DNA from: Clostridia bacterium
GTDB taxonomy: Bacteria > Bacillota > Clostridia > Oscillospirales > CAG-272
DNA: 64,000 nt
Assembly (NCBI GenBank): GCA_017416205.1
Contig: JAFQDC010000072.1
Span: 65,874-129,873, forward strand
Direction: 5' to 3'
The notes beneath the pieces are model-generated. The model made no database searches and had not been told where the DNA came from. It saw only the letters and a program-made list of their open reading frames with translations. The translations under genes and the position numbers were made by a program. Positions 34,101-42,682 of this stretch are shown here, in pieces. The first letter of the stretch is position 1. Every line of letters starts with the position of its first letter.

Positions 34101-34809
34101 ATTCTTATCTATATTGGTATGTGTGCTGTTTGTATTGGTAGCATTCTGGCCATTGGGCGTTATTATAGCTCATTTTTTCGGGTATAGCTTTTCACTTTTC
34201 AGTTATTCATTCTTTTCAATCGTAACAGCAGTCGTTTCAGCAGCCGCGGCGGTAATTTCATTCTTTGCTGACCGTGAGCATATCAAAAAGGTATACTCTG
34301 TTTTGGCATCGATTGTGCCGATTATCCTTATAGCAAACTACTGTTCCAGCTTTGTAAAATGCAGTTCAGATGATCATTTTACAATAGGGATCGCTATGAT
34401 GATTGCGTTGCTTTTTGCAGTAATTCTCTCTTTACAGGTTGGAAAGCCCGTTGCGCTTAATGCTGTTATTTTGGCGACATCGCTTGCTGTCGTAATACCA
34501 ATTATAATAGTAAGCTATATTATGAGTGCTTTCTCTGGTTTAGGAGCAACAAATACAGTGGTGGAAACGATCCCATCTCCCGACGGAGAGCGTTGGGTAG
34601 AGGTTATAGATAATGATCAGGGCGCTTTGGGTGGTGCAACGGTGATAAGGGTCTGTGAGGACAAGGGTATAGATCTCTTTGTGTTCCAAGCCGAAAAGCT
34701 CCCTATAAAAATATATGAGGGAGAATGGAGAGCGTACGAGGAGCTTGATATACGTTGGAAAGATAATGATTGCGTGTTGATCAATTCAAGAGAGTACAAA
34801 ATAGATTAA
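34084..34809 (+). CDS. membrane protein with a DUF5412-like C-terminal domain
   Basis: It has five or six TM helices. The C-terminus is IPSPDGERWVEV...GALGGATVIRV...IKIYEGEWRAYEELDIRWKDNDCVLINSREYKI. That resembles the SPDG...GGAT...W.DndtvvIN pattern of DUF5412. It is the first gene of the AT-rich island. Confidence 0.5.
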   Translation: MMRINKFLSILVCVLFVLVAFWPLGVIIAHFFGYSFSLFSYSFFSIVTAVVSAAAAVISFFADREHIKKVYSVLASIVPIILIANYCSSFVKCSSDDHFTIGIAMMIALLFAVILSLQVGKPVALNAVILATSLAVVIPIIIVSYIMSAFSGLGATNTVVETIPSPDGERWVEVIDNDQGALGGATVIRVCEDKGIDLFVFQAEKLPIKIYEGEWRAYEELDIRWKDNDCVLINSREYKID

Positions 34810-34830
34810 AAATTTGTAGCCTGAGAGGAA

Positions 34831-35328
34831 ATGAAAAGAAAATTCATATTCGTTCTAATACCGATATTTTTGGTTCTTGTTGCCTTTTTGATAATTTGGA
34901 TCAACGACAGTCAGTATCAAGAATTGTACATTTATGAAACGACTGACTCGGTTGTAGAATTATTTGAGTCCAACTTCAATGATTTTGATGAATACGTTGA
35001 ATTATTCAGCGATCATTCAATGTGGGATAAATATTATGAAGAAACTAAAGACCCTGATTTTGTAAATTATAAAGGATTTAAAAAGTACACAACAGCAGAT
35101 GAATTTGATTTTTTGGAAGAATTTTCTGATAAGTATCACCCTACATTCTGGGGACGAAAGTCGCTGGGTTTTTATGTTAAATCAGGCAGTGTACAACTAA
35201 TCAAAGATGAATTGTTAACTGAACATACTCAATTTGAAATCAACCGTGCCAAAGAAGCGGGAGCGACAGTTGAGTTTTACGAAAATGGATGGATAAGCAT
35301 TGTGTATTCCAGTCATAAGGAAGGATAA
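34831..35328 (+). CDS. hypothetical N-terminally anchored protein (165 aa)
   Basis: It has a single N-terminal TM helix, an acidic/aromatic-rich soluble domain and AT-rich codon usage. I recognise no family. Confidence 0.5.
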   Translation: MKRKFIFVLIPIFLVLVAFLIIWINDSQYQELYIYETTDSVVELFESNFNDFDEYVELFSDHSMWDKYYEETKDPDFVNYKGFKKYTTADEFDFLEEFSDKYHPTFWGRKSLGFYVKSGSVQLIKDELLTEHTQFEINRAKEAGATVEFYENGWISIVYSSHKEG

Positions 35329-35345
35329 ACGCAGGAATACAAAAC

Positions 35346-35370
35346 GTAGGGGAGCACTGCGTGCTCCCGT
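35346..35370 (+). repeat. solitary GTAGGGGAGCAC hairpin of the TGTAGGG repeat family
   Basis: GTAGGGGAGCACtgcGTGCTCCCGT lies 18 nt after the stop of the preceding gene. A related hairpin lies at 36617-36643. Confidence 0.6.
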
Positions 35371-35393
35371 ATTTCCGAGAGGTAAGAGGATAA

Positions 35394-36053
35394 ATGAAAA
35401 AAAAAATATCTTTGATAGTTGTGTTTATCTGTATAATGTTAATATTAAATTCTTGCGGACGCAAAAGAATCATTGAAACATTTGAAACAGAACTGGGAGA
35501 TAACTTATGTCTTGAAGTATCTCTTAGGGGAAATCTACATGGAATGTATCCGCGTTATTCGATATACGATGGCGATAAAAACAAAGAAAAGAAAAACGGA
35601 TGCGTATTATATGTGGACAGAACAATGGAAGGTTGCTTGCCGAACGATCCAATAAGCAATATTACCACAGTTGGTTCATATGGGGACCATAATTTTTATA
35701 AAATATTTGATGCGCTCTTCTATTGTAACAAGGGTGTATATATAGATTCCATTCCGGAGAATTTCGACGTAGATCTTTATGAATATTTTAAAAAAGATCC
35801 GCAGATCCCTGAATTTATTATTCACCGTATACAGGCCATATCTGATCTGATGAAATCGCAGAATTTTGAGTATATCTGCAAATACGGCGAGATTTTGGCA
35901 TACGAAAAAGATCCCTATATGTATGAAATTCTTGTAAGATATGCAAGCGGAGACTTTTCTGATAATGAAAAACAGATAAATGCTGATTCAATCATTACCG
36001 AAGCTGATATGACAAGCTTTGCTCAGAATATGCTTGAAAAACACTATACGTGA
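35394..36053 (+). CDS. hypothetical lipoprotein (219 aa)
   Basis: It has a signal peptide with lipobox LILNSCGR. I recognise no family. Confidence 0.5.
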   Translation: MKKKISLIVVFICIMLILNSCGRKRIIETFETELGDNLCLEVSLRGNLHGMYPRYSIYDGDKNKEKKNGCVLYVDRTMEGCLPNDPISNITTVGSYGDHNFYKIFDALFYCNKGVYIDSIPENFDVDLYEYFKKDPQIPEFIIHRIQAISDLMKSQNFEYICKYGEILAYEKDPYMYEILVRYASGDFSDNEKQINADSIITEADMTSFAQNMLEKHYT

Positions 36054-36057
36054 TACT

Positions 36058-36600
36058 ATGAAAAAGAAAATTATAATTGCATTGATAATTATCGCAGTCG
36101 CTCTTGTTACGGCAATTGCTGCTGTTGTTATTGCCATCGGTACAAAGATGTATGATGAATGGAAGAATACGAACCACGTAGAAAATATGTTTTGTCAAGA
36201 AAACGGGCTTGACGAAGATACTCAGAATAAGGTCTATATTCCCGAAAGAAGAGCAGACGAAGAAGAGTATTTTTCTTGGACAGATACCTTTGTCTTTGAA
36301 AAATTCGTTCTTAATGATGAAGAAAGTAAGGCTGCAGAAAGTATAATCGAAAAAAACGATGTATGGTATTGCCTCTCCGAAGCACAAGACATTAAGGAAA
36401 CACAATCCTTAGCCTCACTTTTTGATAGGGAAGAGGTGGAGGCAGATATTGATTGGGATACCTGTATGATCGCGGCTTACGATCATAGAACGGAAGAATA
36501 CATAGAGCCTGTTCATATTCTAAAAGGCTCACCGTGGGTGTCATATTTTGTTTATGACGCAGCATCGCAAACATATTATTATCTTTATTACGATATGTGA
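36058..36600 (+). CDS. hypothetical N-terminally anchored protein (~180 aa)
   Basis: MKKKIIIALIIIAVALVTAIAAVVIAIG forms the TM anchor, followed by an acidic soluble domain. The start was trimmed to ATG 36058 to avoid overlap with the preceding gene. The RBS is weak. Confidence 0.45.
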   Translation: MKKKIIIALIIIAVALVTAIAAVVIAIGTKMYDEWKNTNHVENMFCQENGLDEDTQNKVYIPERRADEEEYFSWTDTFVFEKFVLNDEESKAAESIIEKNDVWYCLSEAQDIKETQSLASLFDREEVEADIDWDTCMIAAYDHRTEEYIEPVHILKGSPWVSYFVYDAASQTYYYLYYDM

Positions 36601-36616
36601 TCTTACAATTTTTCGT

Positions 36617-36890
36617 CGTAGGGGAGTGCCTTGGTGCTCCCGCCTATCTGCACGCGAACTGAAACGATATTTGATGCACAAACGAACGCAAAGGATACAC
36701 GTTGTTGTAGGGGTCGACGTCCTCGACGACCCGACTATAAAATGATATTAACAGCGAGGCGTTACGTCTGTAGAGGACCGTCGAGGACGTCGGTCCCTAC
36801 AAAAATTTTAACGTTATACCTACAAAATCTCGGTATTCTAAATTTTTCGCTATCGTTCTGATAAGCGGACGAGCAATGTTCGCCCCTACA
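36617..36890 (+). repeat. mosaic repeat block, copy 1 (TGTAGGG hairpins plus conserved core 36674-36862)
   Basis: ATGCACAAACGAACGCAAAGGATACACGTTGTTGTAGGG and ACAGCGAGGCGTTACGTCTGTAGAGGACCGTCGAGGACGTCGGTCCCTACAAAAATTTTAACGTTATACCTACAAAATCTCGGTATTCT are repeated almost exactly at 37567-37757. Confidence 0.8.
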
Positions 36891-37089
36891 GTATCGTAAT
36901 CCCAACATATAAAACGAACGATTATGCCGTAGGGGCGACCATTGGTCGTCCTCCATCAGCACGCGAACTGAAACGATATTTGATGCACAAATGAACACGG
37001 GTTGACAATGCACAAACAATATGATATAATACAAGAGGTGACAAGTGTTATCAAATTGATCCTGTAATTGTAGGGAATAGGAGTATATT

Positions 37090-37554
37090 ATGAAAAAGCT
37101 GCTCAGCGTTAAAAATATAATATTTTTAGCTCTTAGTTCTTTTATGCTGTTTTTGTTCATACTAAAGATTGCAACTTTAACTATGCCGATCTTGGATGTT
37201 CTTAGGATATTTGAGTTTTTGCCTTTCTGTATTTTGGAATCAATTGGCTTCATTATGCTAAAATACGGTACGGATATTGAAGTAATAATCTGGTTTTTCC
37301 TTCCTTATTTCGTTATTGTGCTATCCATCCTTTTTATGTATTTGGGAATATACAAAAAACGTTTATTTAGCATACCGGTGTATATCATATTCATTCTTGA
37401 TCTTGTATTTAATATTATAATCAGCAGTTTTGCCGGAGCAGTTTGGGACATTATAATAATCGCAGCGTTCATCGTTGCTATGAAAAACGCGGGATATCCT
37501 AAAAAGAAAGAAGCTCCAGAGTTTGTGCTGCGCGGAGAATGGTCGAAGCTGTGA
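37090..37554 (+). CDS. hypothetical membrane protein (154 aa, about 4 TM helices)
   Basis: It is hydrophobic throughout and AT-rich, and is flanked on both sides by the mosaic repeat blocks. Confidence 0.5.
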   Translation: MKKLLSVKNIIFLALSSFMLFLFILKIATLTMPILDVLRIFEFLPFCILESIGFIMLKYGTDIEVIIWFFLPYFVIVLSILFMYLGIYKKRLFSIPVYIIFILDLVFNIIISSFAGAVWDIIIIAAFIVAMKNAGYPKKKEAPEFVLRGEWSKL

Positions 37555-37598
37555 CCGAAAAATTTTATGCACAAACGAACGCAAAGGATACACGTTGT

Positions 37599-37787
37599 TG
37601 TAGGGACAGGCGTCCTCGACTGTCCGCTGATGGAAACGATATTCACAGCGAGGCGTTACGTCTGTAGAGGACCGTCGAGGACGTCGGTCCCTACAAAAAT
37701 TTTAACGTTATACCTACAAAATCTCGGTATTCTTAATTTTTCGCTATCGTTCTGATATGCGGACAGTCGGGGACGCCTGTCCCTACA
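37599..37787. mobile_element. MITE-like 189-bp element with 29-bp terminal inverted repeats (inside repeat block copy 2, 37567-37787)
   Basis: The left end is TGTAGGGACAGGCGTCCTCGACTGTCCGC (37599-37627). The right end (37759-37787) reverse-complements to TGTAGGGACAGGCGTCCCCGACTGTCCGC, 1 mismatch in 29. There is an internal hairpin TGTAGAGGACCGTCGAGGACGTCGGTCCCTACA. No transposase is present and I saw no target-site duplication. Confidence 0.45.
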
Positions 37788-37852
37788 GAATAATTCAATA
37801 ATAAAACTCCCTGTTATCCTTACGGACAACAGGGAGAATTTTTTATTTGAAA

Positions 37853-39469
37853 TTATGCGCTCTTCTTGTTTGTGAGAGACTTGATTGCAAAGAGAACTGC
37901 AACGGTCACTACTGCCATAACGGGAAGAACTATGTACCACTTTGTCACAAAGCCTGCGAAGATGTAGCCCACAAAGGAGATAGCTGCAACTGTGAGAGCA
38001 TAGGGAAGCTGAGTGGAAACGTGGTTGATGTGGTCGCAGCGAGCGCCCGCACTTGACATGATAGTCGTGTCGGAGATGGGAGAGCAGTGGTCGCCGCAAA
38101 CAGAACCTGCAAGGCATGCAGACATACAAACGATGCCGAGAGGATCGCCGATGGGGAAGATAGCAAGAACGATGGGGATAAGGATACCGAAGGTGCCCCA
38201 GCTTGTTCCTGTGGAGAATGCAATTAAGCAAGCTACGATGAATATGATAGCGGGGAGGAAGTTTGCAAGACCCTCAACGTTTGCAAGAGCAGCGCTGACG
38301 AATGCGTCAGAGTCGAGAAGGCCTGTCATATTCTTAAGGCTTGTTGCCATTGTAAGAATGAGGATAGCGGGTACCATTGCGATAAAGCCCTTGGGAATGC
38401 ACTCCATAGCCTCCTTGAAGGAAACAAGGCGGCGGCAGATGAAGTAGATAACTGTGAAGATAAGAGCAATAAGACCGCCCCAGGGAAGACCTACCGTTGC
38501 GTCAGTATTGGAGAATGCATCAACAAAGCCGAGAGATGCATCGTAGTTTGCAGAAGCGAATACCCATTCCTCGCCCATGCATCTGCCCACGTAGAAGAGG
38601 GAGAATACGCAGGTGATAATGAGAACGATGATGGGAAGAACAAGGTCGATGACCTTTGCCTTAGTTGTGGCGGGTGTATCGTCCTCACCTGTCTCTGTAC
38701 CTGAAGTGAAGAGGTCGCCCTTAAGTGCGTTCTGCTCGTGAAGCTTCATGGGGCCGTAGTCAAACTTCATAAGAGTGATTGCGATGATGAATACGAATGT
38801 GAGAAGGGAATAAAGGTTAAAGGGGATAGCCTGACAGAAAAGGGAGATACCCTGTCCCTCGGGAGCATAGCCGGAAACTGCTGCTGCCCAGGAGGAGATG
38901 GGAGCGATCATACAAATGGGTGCTGCTGTAGCATCGATTAGATATGAAAGCTTTGCGCGGGAGATCTTGTTCTTGTCAGTTACGGGGCGCATAACCGCAC
39001 CTACTGTAAGGCAGTTGAAATAGTCGTCGATGAAGATAAGAACGCCAAAGCAGAAGGTTGCAATGGATGCGCCTACCTTTGTCTTTACGTGCTTTGCTGC
39101 CCAGTTACCGAAGGCCGCGCTGCCGCCTGCCTTATTGAGAAGGGCAACAACGATTCCGAGAAGAACGAGGAATGCAAAGATTCCGGCACTTCCGGATACT
39201 GCGCTGATGATACCGTCAGTTACAACGGAGTCAACTGTGTGGATAGGGTTGAATTTTGTTGCAAGGAGACCGCCCATAACGATACCGACGAAGAGGGAAG
39301 AATAAGCCTCTTTTGTGATGAGGGCGAGAGCAATAGCAACAACAGGGGGGAACAGGGACCAGAGAGTTCCAACGGGGCTTGTGATCTTACCGGTGACGGC
39401 GCAGAGAACACCGAACGCGATAACGAAAGCCACGATAAGCAGATTTGTGATCAGCTTTTTGCTTTTCAT
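37853..39469 (-). CDS. NhaC-family antiporter-type transporter (probable lysine-regulated transporter)
   Basis: It is polytopic, about 538 aa, with an NhaC-like N-terminus (LWSLFPPVVAIALALITKEAYSSLFVGI). The start was trimmed to ATG 39469, which has GGAGG upstream. A lysine riboswitch precedes it. Confidence 0.8.
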   Translation of the reverse strand: MKSKKLITNLLIVAFVIAFGVLCAVTGKITSPVGTLWSLFPPVVAIALALITKEAYSSLFVGIVMGGLLATKFNPIHTVDSVVTDGIISAVSGSAGIFAFLVLLGIVVALLNKAGGSAAFGNWAAKHVKTKVGASIATFCFGVLIFIDDYFNCLTVGAVMRPVTDKNKISRAKLSYLIDATAAPICMIAPISSWAAAVSGYAPEGQGISLFCQAIPFNLYSLLTFVFIIAITLMKFDYGPMKLHEQNALKGDLFTSGTETGEDDTPATTKAKVIDLVLPIIVLIITCVFSLFYVGRCMGEEWVFASANYDASLGFVDAFSNTDATVGLPWGGLIALIFTVIYFICRRLVSFKEAMECIPKGFIAMVPAILILTMATSLKNMTGLLDSDAFVSAALANVEGLANFLPAIIFIVACLIAFSTGTSWGTFGILIPIVLAIFPIGDPLGIVCMSACLAGSVCGDHCSPISDTTIMSSAGARCDHINHVSTQLPYALTVAAISFVGYIFAGFVTKWYIVLPVMAVVTVAVLFAIKSLTNKKSA

Positions 39470-39495
39470 GATAACCTCCATAATATAATTTTTGT

Positions 39496-39529
39496 ATAAA
39501 AGAAAGGACCGTGACGGCATCACGGTCCC
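39496..39529 (-). terminator. riboswitch expression-platform terminator
   Basis: On the minus strand, GGACCGTGatgccgtCACGGTCC is followed by TTTCTTTTAT, about 27 nt upstream of the start codon. Confidence 0.7.
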
Positions 39530-39546
39530 AAATATCAAAAAGGGAT

Positions 39547-39684
39547 CCATGACAGCGCTCCACTTTCGTGACAGTACAATACATATTTTGCATTGTCCCA
39601 AGCTTCCTTAGGAAACTTTCGGCGTCATCCCCTTTCGCGGTAATAAACAAATCCGCTACTCTTGTCAGACGCACCTCTATCAGG
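39547..39684 (-). promoter_or_regulatory. lysine riboswitch (L-box) aptamer
   Basis: The minus strand reads CCTGATAGAGGTGCG...AGAGTAGC...CGAAAGGGGA...GCCGAAAG...CTTGGGAC...ACTGTCACGAAAGTGGAGCGCTGTCATGG. All L-box core motifs I know (AGAGGnGC, GAGTA, GGGGA, GCCGAA, TGGG, CTGTCAC, GTGGAG-GC) occur in canonical order. P1 closes as CC-TGATAG / CTGTCA-GG. The helices are compact (138 nt). Confidence 0.75.
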
Positions 39685-39766
39685 TCTTTCTTTATTCATA
39701 ACAGATGCTATGATAACATACCTTCGGAGCGTTGTCAATAATTTGTAACAATTTTATAAGAATCAA

Positions 39767-40474
39767 TTAAAATTTGTCGATAAAGCGCAGAACCGCACGA
39801 ACAGAGTTCTCTGCAGCTTTTGCGGCAAAGGTAGGATAATCGAGAACGGCTTCCCCGTCACCGCCGTCGGAAATTGCACGGATTATGCCAAAGGGCACCC
39901 CGTTCACGTAGCATACCTGACCGATAGCACCGCCCTCCATCTCGCAAGCTGCCGCGTTAAAGGTCTCCTTTATGTATCTGCGCTTTTCATCTGTTGCAAC
40001 GAACTGGTCGCCTGTGGCAACGGTGCCGAGAACGCATTTTACGCCCACCTGCTCAACGCATTCGGAAAGAACTCTTGCGATACGTGTCGCAACGGGAATA
40101 TTTACAATATTGATACCGGAAAGAAGGCCAACGGGGTCTCCAAGGGGGGAGGTATCCATGTCGTGCTGGACTACGCTGTCTGCAACCACAACGTCAAGAA
40201 CAGAGAGCCCGTCCGCAAGGCCTCCTGCGACGCCTGTGTTGATGATACACTCAAGATCAAAGCCGAGGCACATAGTCTGAGCGCATAGAGCGGCAAACAC
40301 CTTACCTACACCGCACTTTGCGCATACCACGTAGCGACCGTTGATATGTCCGCTGACAAAATCAATGCCGCTGACGGTGACGGTCTCAGGGTCGCTGATC
40401 TGAGCCTTGATTCCGTCGATCTCTATCTGCATTGCGGCAATAATGCCGATTGCTTTCTCATTATTCTTTGTCAT
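39767..40474 (-). CDS. mtnN: 5'-methylthioadenosine/S-adenosylhomocysteine nucleosidase
   Basis: It has IGIIAAMQIEI, TGVAGGL and CEMEGGAIGQV motifs. The start was trimmed to ATG 40474, which overlaps the luxS end by 14 nt. Confidence 0.85.
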   Translation of the reverse strand: MTKNNEKAIGIIAAMQIEIDGIKAQISDPETVTVSGIDFVSGHINGRYVVCAKCGVGKVFAALCAQTMCLGFDLECIINTGVAGGLADGLSVLDVVVADSVVQHDMDTSPLGDPVGLLSGINIVNIPVATRIARVLSECVEQVGVKCVLGTVATGDQFVATDEKRRYIKETFNAAACEMEGGAIGQVCYVNGVPFGIIRAISDGGDGEAVLDYPTFAAKAAENSVRAVLRFIDKF

Positions 40475-40940
40475 ACTTGAAATCTGCCTTTCCCAGTTTT
40501 TCTCTTTCAAGAAGTGCCTCGAGATAGCGGGCGCACTCAGCCTTTGCGCTCTCAAGTGAGAGCTCCTTATAGTTTCCGCATTCCTTGCGGGCCGCTCCAA
40601 ACATCTCGCCGTCGTGGTCAACGGTCTTTTTAAGAATGTCCTTAACGAGGCTGTAAGCCTCCTCGTTTGAGGTGTCTCTCATAAGGAGGTAGAAGCCGGT
40701 ACGACAGCCCATAGGTCCGAAATAGATGACCTTATCAGAGAGGTCAGAGTTTCTTGCAAAGGTTGCCAGCATATGCTCAACGGAGTGCATAGTGAGGCTG
40801 TCCATAAAATCGTCGCAGTTTGGCTTTCTTGTTCTCAGGTCGTATGTTATGATATCGCTGTCGATTCGGGAAACGTACATACCGGGAACGATATAGTCGT
40901 GGTCAACACTAAAGCTTGTGATTCTGTTTATCTTTTCCAT
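40461..40940 (-). CDS. luxS: S-ribosylhomocysteine lyase
   Basis: It has SFSVDH and the metal site HSVEHMLA...C (GCRTGFY), and is 159 aa. Confidence 0.9.
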   Translation of the reverse strand: MEKINRITSFSVDHDYIVPGMYVSRIDSDIITYDLRTRKPNCDDFMDSLTMHSVEHMLATFARNSDLSDKVIYFGPMGCRTGFYLLMRDTSNEEAYSLVKDILKKTVDHDGEMFGAARKECGNYKELSLESAKAECARYLEALLEREKLGKADFKYDKE

Positions 40941-40974
40941 TTTTGATCCTGTTTCGGTGAGTGTGTAGTATTAG

Positions 40975-41135
40975 TTTTCAGTGATGCGCACTTCGTGCGT
41001 GATGATACCTTCGGTAACTATGATATGATCGCCCAAAAACTTGCCGAAGGCAATCATCGTTTGCGAAGCAATCATCGTGTGCTTTGCACTCATAGTTCGC
41101 CGCAGGCGATCATAACTGAATTTTTAGCACGCAGT
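40975..41135. repeat. cluster of short hairpin repeats upstream of luxS
   Basis: The hairpins are GCGCACttcGTGCGT, TACCttcgGTAA, TTGCCgaaGGCAA, the direct repeat ATCATCGTTTGCGAAGCAATCATCGTGTGC, and TTTTTAGCACgcaGTGCTAAAAA. Confidence 0.6.
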
Positions 41136-41139
41136 GCTA

Positions 41140-41167
41140 AAAATTCGGGAGGGCGATGCCCTCCCGA
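41140..41167 (-). terminator. intrinsic terminator after the dehydrogenase gene
   Basis: On the minus strand, CGGGAGGGCatcGCCCTCCCG is followed by AATTTTT, 9 nt after the stop at 41176. Confidence 0.75.
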
Positions 41168-41175
41168 TAGGATTA

Positions 41176-42447
41176 TTAGAACTTAATATCGCGGAGGATT
41201 CTCTTCTCAGCCTCGGGACACCAGAGACCGTTGTTCTTCTCACAGATATCTGCAAGATCGCGGAAAAGTTCAGCATTGTCGCCGCCCTCCTCTGCTACCT
41301 TGCGGAAATCAGCAATAGCAGTAAGGGGAAGATCGATGTGAGTGTAGATAAGCTTCTTTCCGCCGGGGATCTTGGGGAGATTGAGAGTGGTCTCAGCGTC
41401 AGCATTAAGACCGCCGATGTGTGTGATCATGCCGGAGGGAGAGATCTTGCCCTCTTCCATAAGACGGAGGGACTCCTTCATATCCTCTGTGTTACCGCCG
41501 GACGTACCAACGATATGAGTAGAAGCGTAGTGAACGTTATAGAAGTTGAACATTGCGGAGAACTCGGGGTTTGTGGGGCCTGCAAAGAAGTTAAGGCATC
41601 CGTCACGTCCGAGAAGCGCGTCACCCTGCTCAACAACGGGCTTTACGGGAGCAAATACGAATACGTCGTCGTAGCCGTCCTGACCTGTAAGGCTCTTAAG
41701 ATACTCTGTTGTATTGCCCTCAAGAGCAGTGTTTACGTATACGAGCTCAACTCCGTGAGCCTTTGCATCCTCAACAGTGATGAGGGTTGCCGCTCTTTCA
41801 AGACGAGTTGCGTCAACGTCGGTAACTACGAGAAGACGGGGAGCGCGTCCGCCGTGGATAGCGTAGTCGATAGCGCCGAGACCCATGGGGCCCGCACCTG
41901 CAAGGATAGCCATACAGCCGCCCTCAACAGTGCCCATCTTATGTTCATAGGAGCCGGGAGTTGTATGATAGTTTGCGTGGAAGCCGCCAACGATGCAGCT
42001 CATTGCCTCGGAAAGGCTTCCGAGGTAGAATGCCTCGCCGCCGTAGGGAAGGAGACAGCCAAGCTCCATAACCTCGTTGGGGATGATAACGTATGTAGCG
42101 CCGCCGCCGATGTCGTGATAGGAATATCCGGGAGCTGCAAGGCTACCCTTATAGTTGATAGCGGGCTGGATGGAGAACTTGTCTCCTGCCTTGAACTGAT
42201 CCTGCCATTTTGCGCCAACCTCAACGATCTCGCCGCAGAACTCGTGGCCGAGGATGATGGGGTTTTCAGCTACGTCATCGGGAACTCTCTTATGAGCGGC
42301 GCCCTGAAGGGCTGCCTTATGGGAGGACATACAAATACTGTCGGAAATAACACGTGCGAGGATCTCTGAATCCTTGATTGCGGGAAGCTCGAATTCTTCT
42401 GTTCTCAGGTCGTTAACGCCGTAAAGTCTGACTGCTCTGGTTTTCAT
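41176..42447 (-). CDS. zinc-binding medium-chain dehydrogenase/reductase (sorbose-1-phosphate reductase-like)
   Basis: It has the GHEFCGEIVEVG catalytic-zinc motif, the Rossmann AILAGAGPMGLGAIDYA and a long C-terminal extension (423 aa). Confidence 0.8.
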   Translation of the reverse strand: MKTRAVRLYGVNDLRTEEFELPAIKDSEILARVISDSICMSSHKAALQGAAHKRVPDDVAENPIILGHEFCGEIVEVGAKWQDQFKAGDKFSIQPAINYKGSLAAPGYSYHDIGGGATYVIIPNEVMELGCLLPYGGEAFYLGSLSEAMSCIVGGFHANYHTTPGSYEHKMGTVEGGCMAILAGAGPMGLGAIDYAIHGGRAPRLLVVTDVDATRLERAATLITVEDAKAHGVELVYVNTALEGNTTEYLKSLTGQDGYDDVFVFAPVKPVVEQGDALLGRDGCLNFFAGPTNPEFSAMFNFYNVHYASTHIVGTSGGNTEDMKESLRLMEEGKISPSGMITHIGGLNADAETTLNLPKIPGGKKLIYTHIDLPLTAIADFRKVAEEGGDNAELFRDLADICEKNNGLWCPEAEKRILRDIKF

Positions 42448-42451
42448 ACTG

Positions 42452-42682
42452 TCATTTGCTCCTTTTATTTTTATTAAAAAGATTTTTTAGTCTTTGCTTG
42501 TTGTCTCGTTTGGGCCTTTCCCATTTCTCTGCAGGGCGGACCCCGCCCTCACATATCACAACGGTCTGGCCTTCCTTGAATTCCTTTGAAAGCGCAAGGT
42601 TAAAGGGGGCAGAGCCATCGTCGGGAATAAGTGTTGCGATCCCCTCTTCGATACGGTCAATGACCGCGGTATACTTTTCCAT
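42452..42682 (-). CDS. DUF3006 family small protein
   Basis: It is 76 aa. AVIDRIEEGIATLIPDDGSAPFNLALSKEFKEGQTVV is typical of DUF3006. Confidence 0.7.
   Translation of the reverse strand: MEKYTAVIDRIEEGIATLIPDDGSAPFNLALSKEFKEGQTVVICEGGVRPAEKWERPKRDNKQRLKNLFNKNKRSK

Noticed and set aside
36600-37800. Possible CRISPR array, because of many similar hairpins
   Set aside because: The repeats are neither identical nor regularly spaced, they occur in both orientations, and there are no cas genes. They fit REP/MITE-type elements instead.
40941-41175. SAM or SAH riboswitch upstream of luxS-mtnN
   Set aside because: None of the conserved SAM-I or SAH cores was visible on the minus strand. The hairpins look like dispersed repeats, and I report them only as a low-interest observation.
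41134-42369. 411-aa plus-strand ORF antisense to the zinc dehydrogenase gene
   Set aside because: The minus-strand frame contains the GHEFCGE zinc motif, a Rossmann fold and a terminator. The plus-strand product has no recognisable features.
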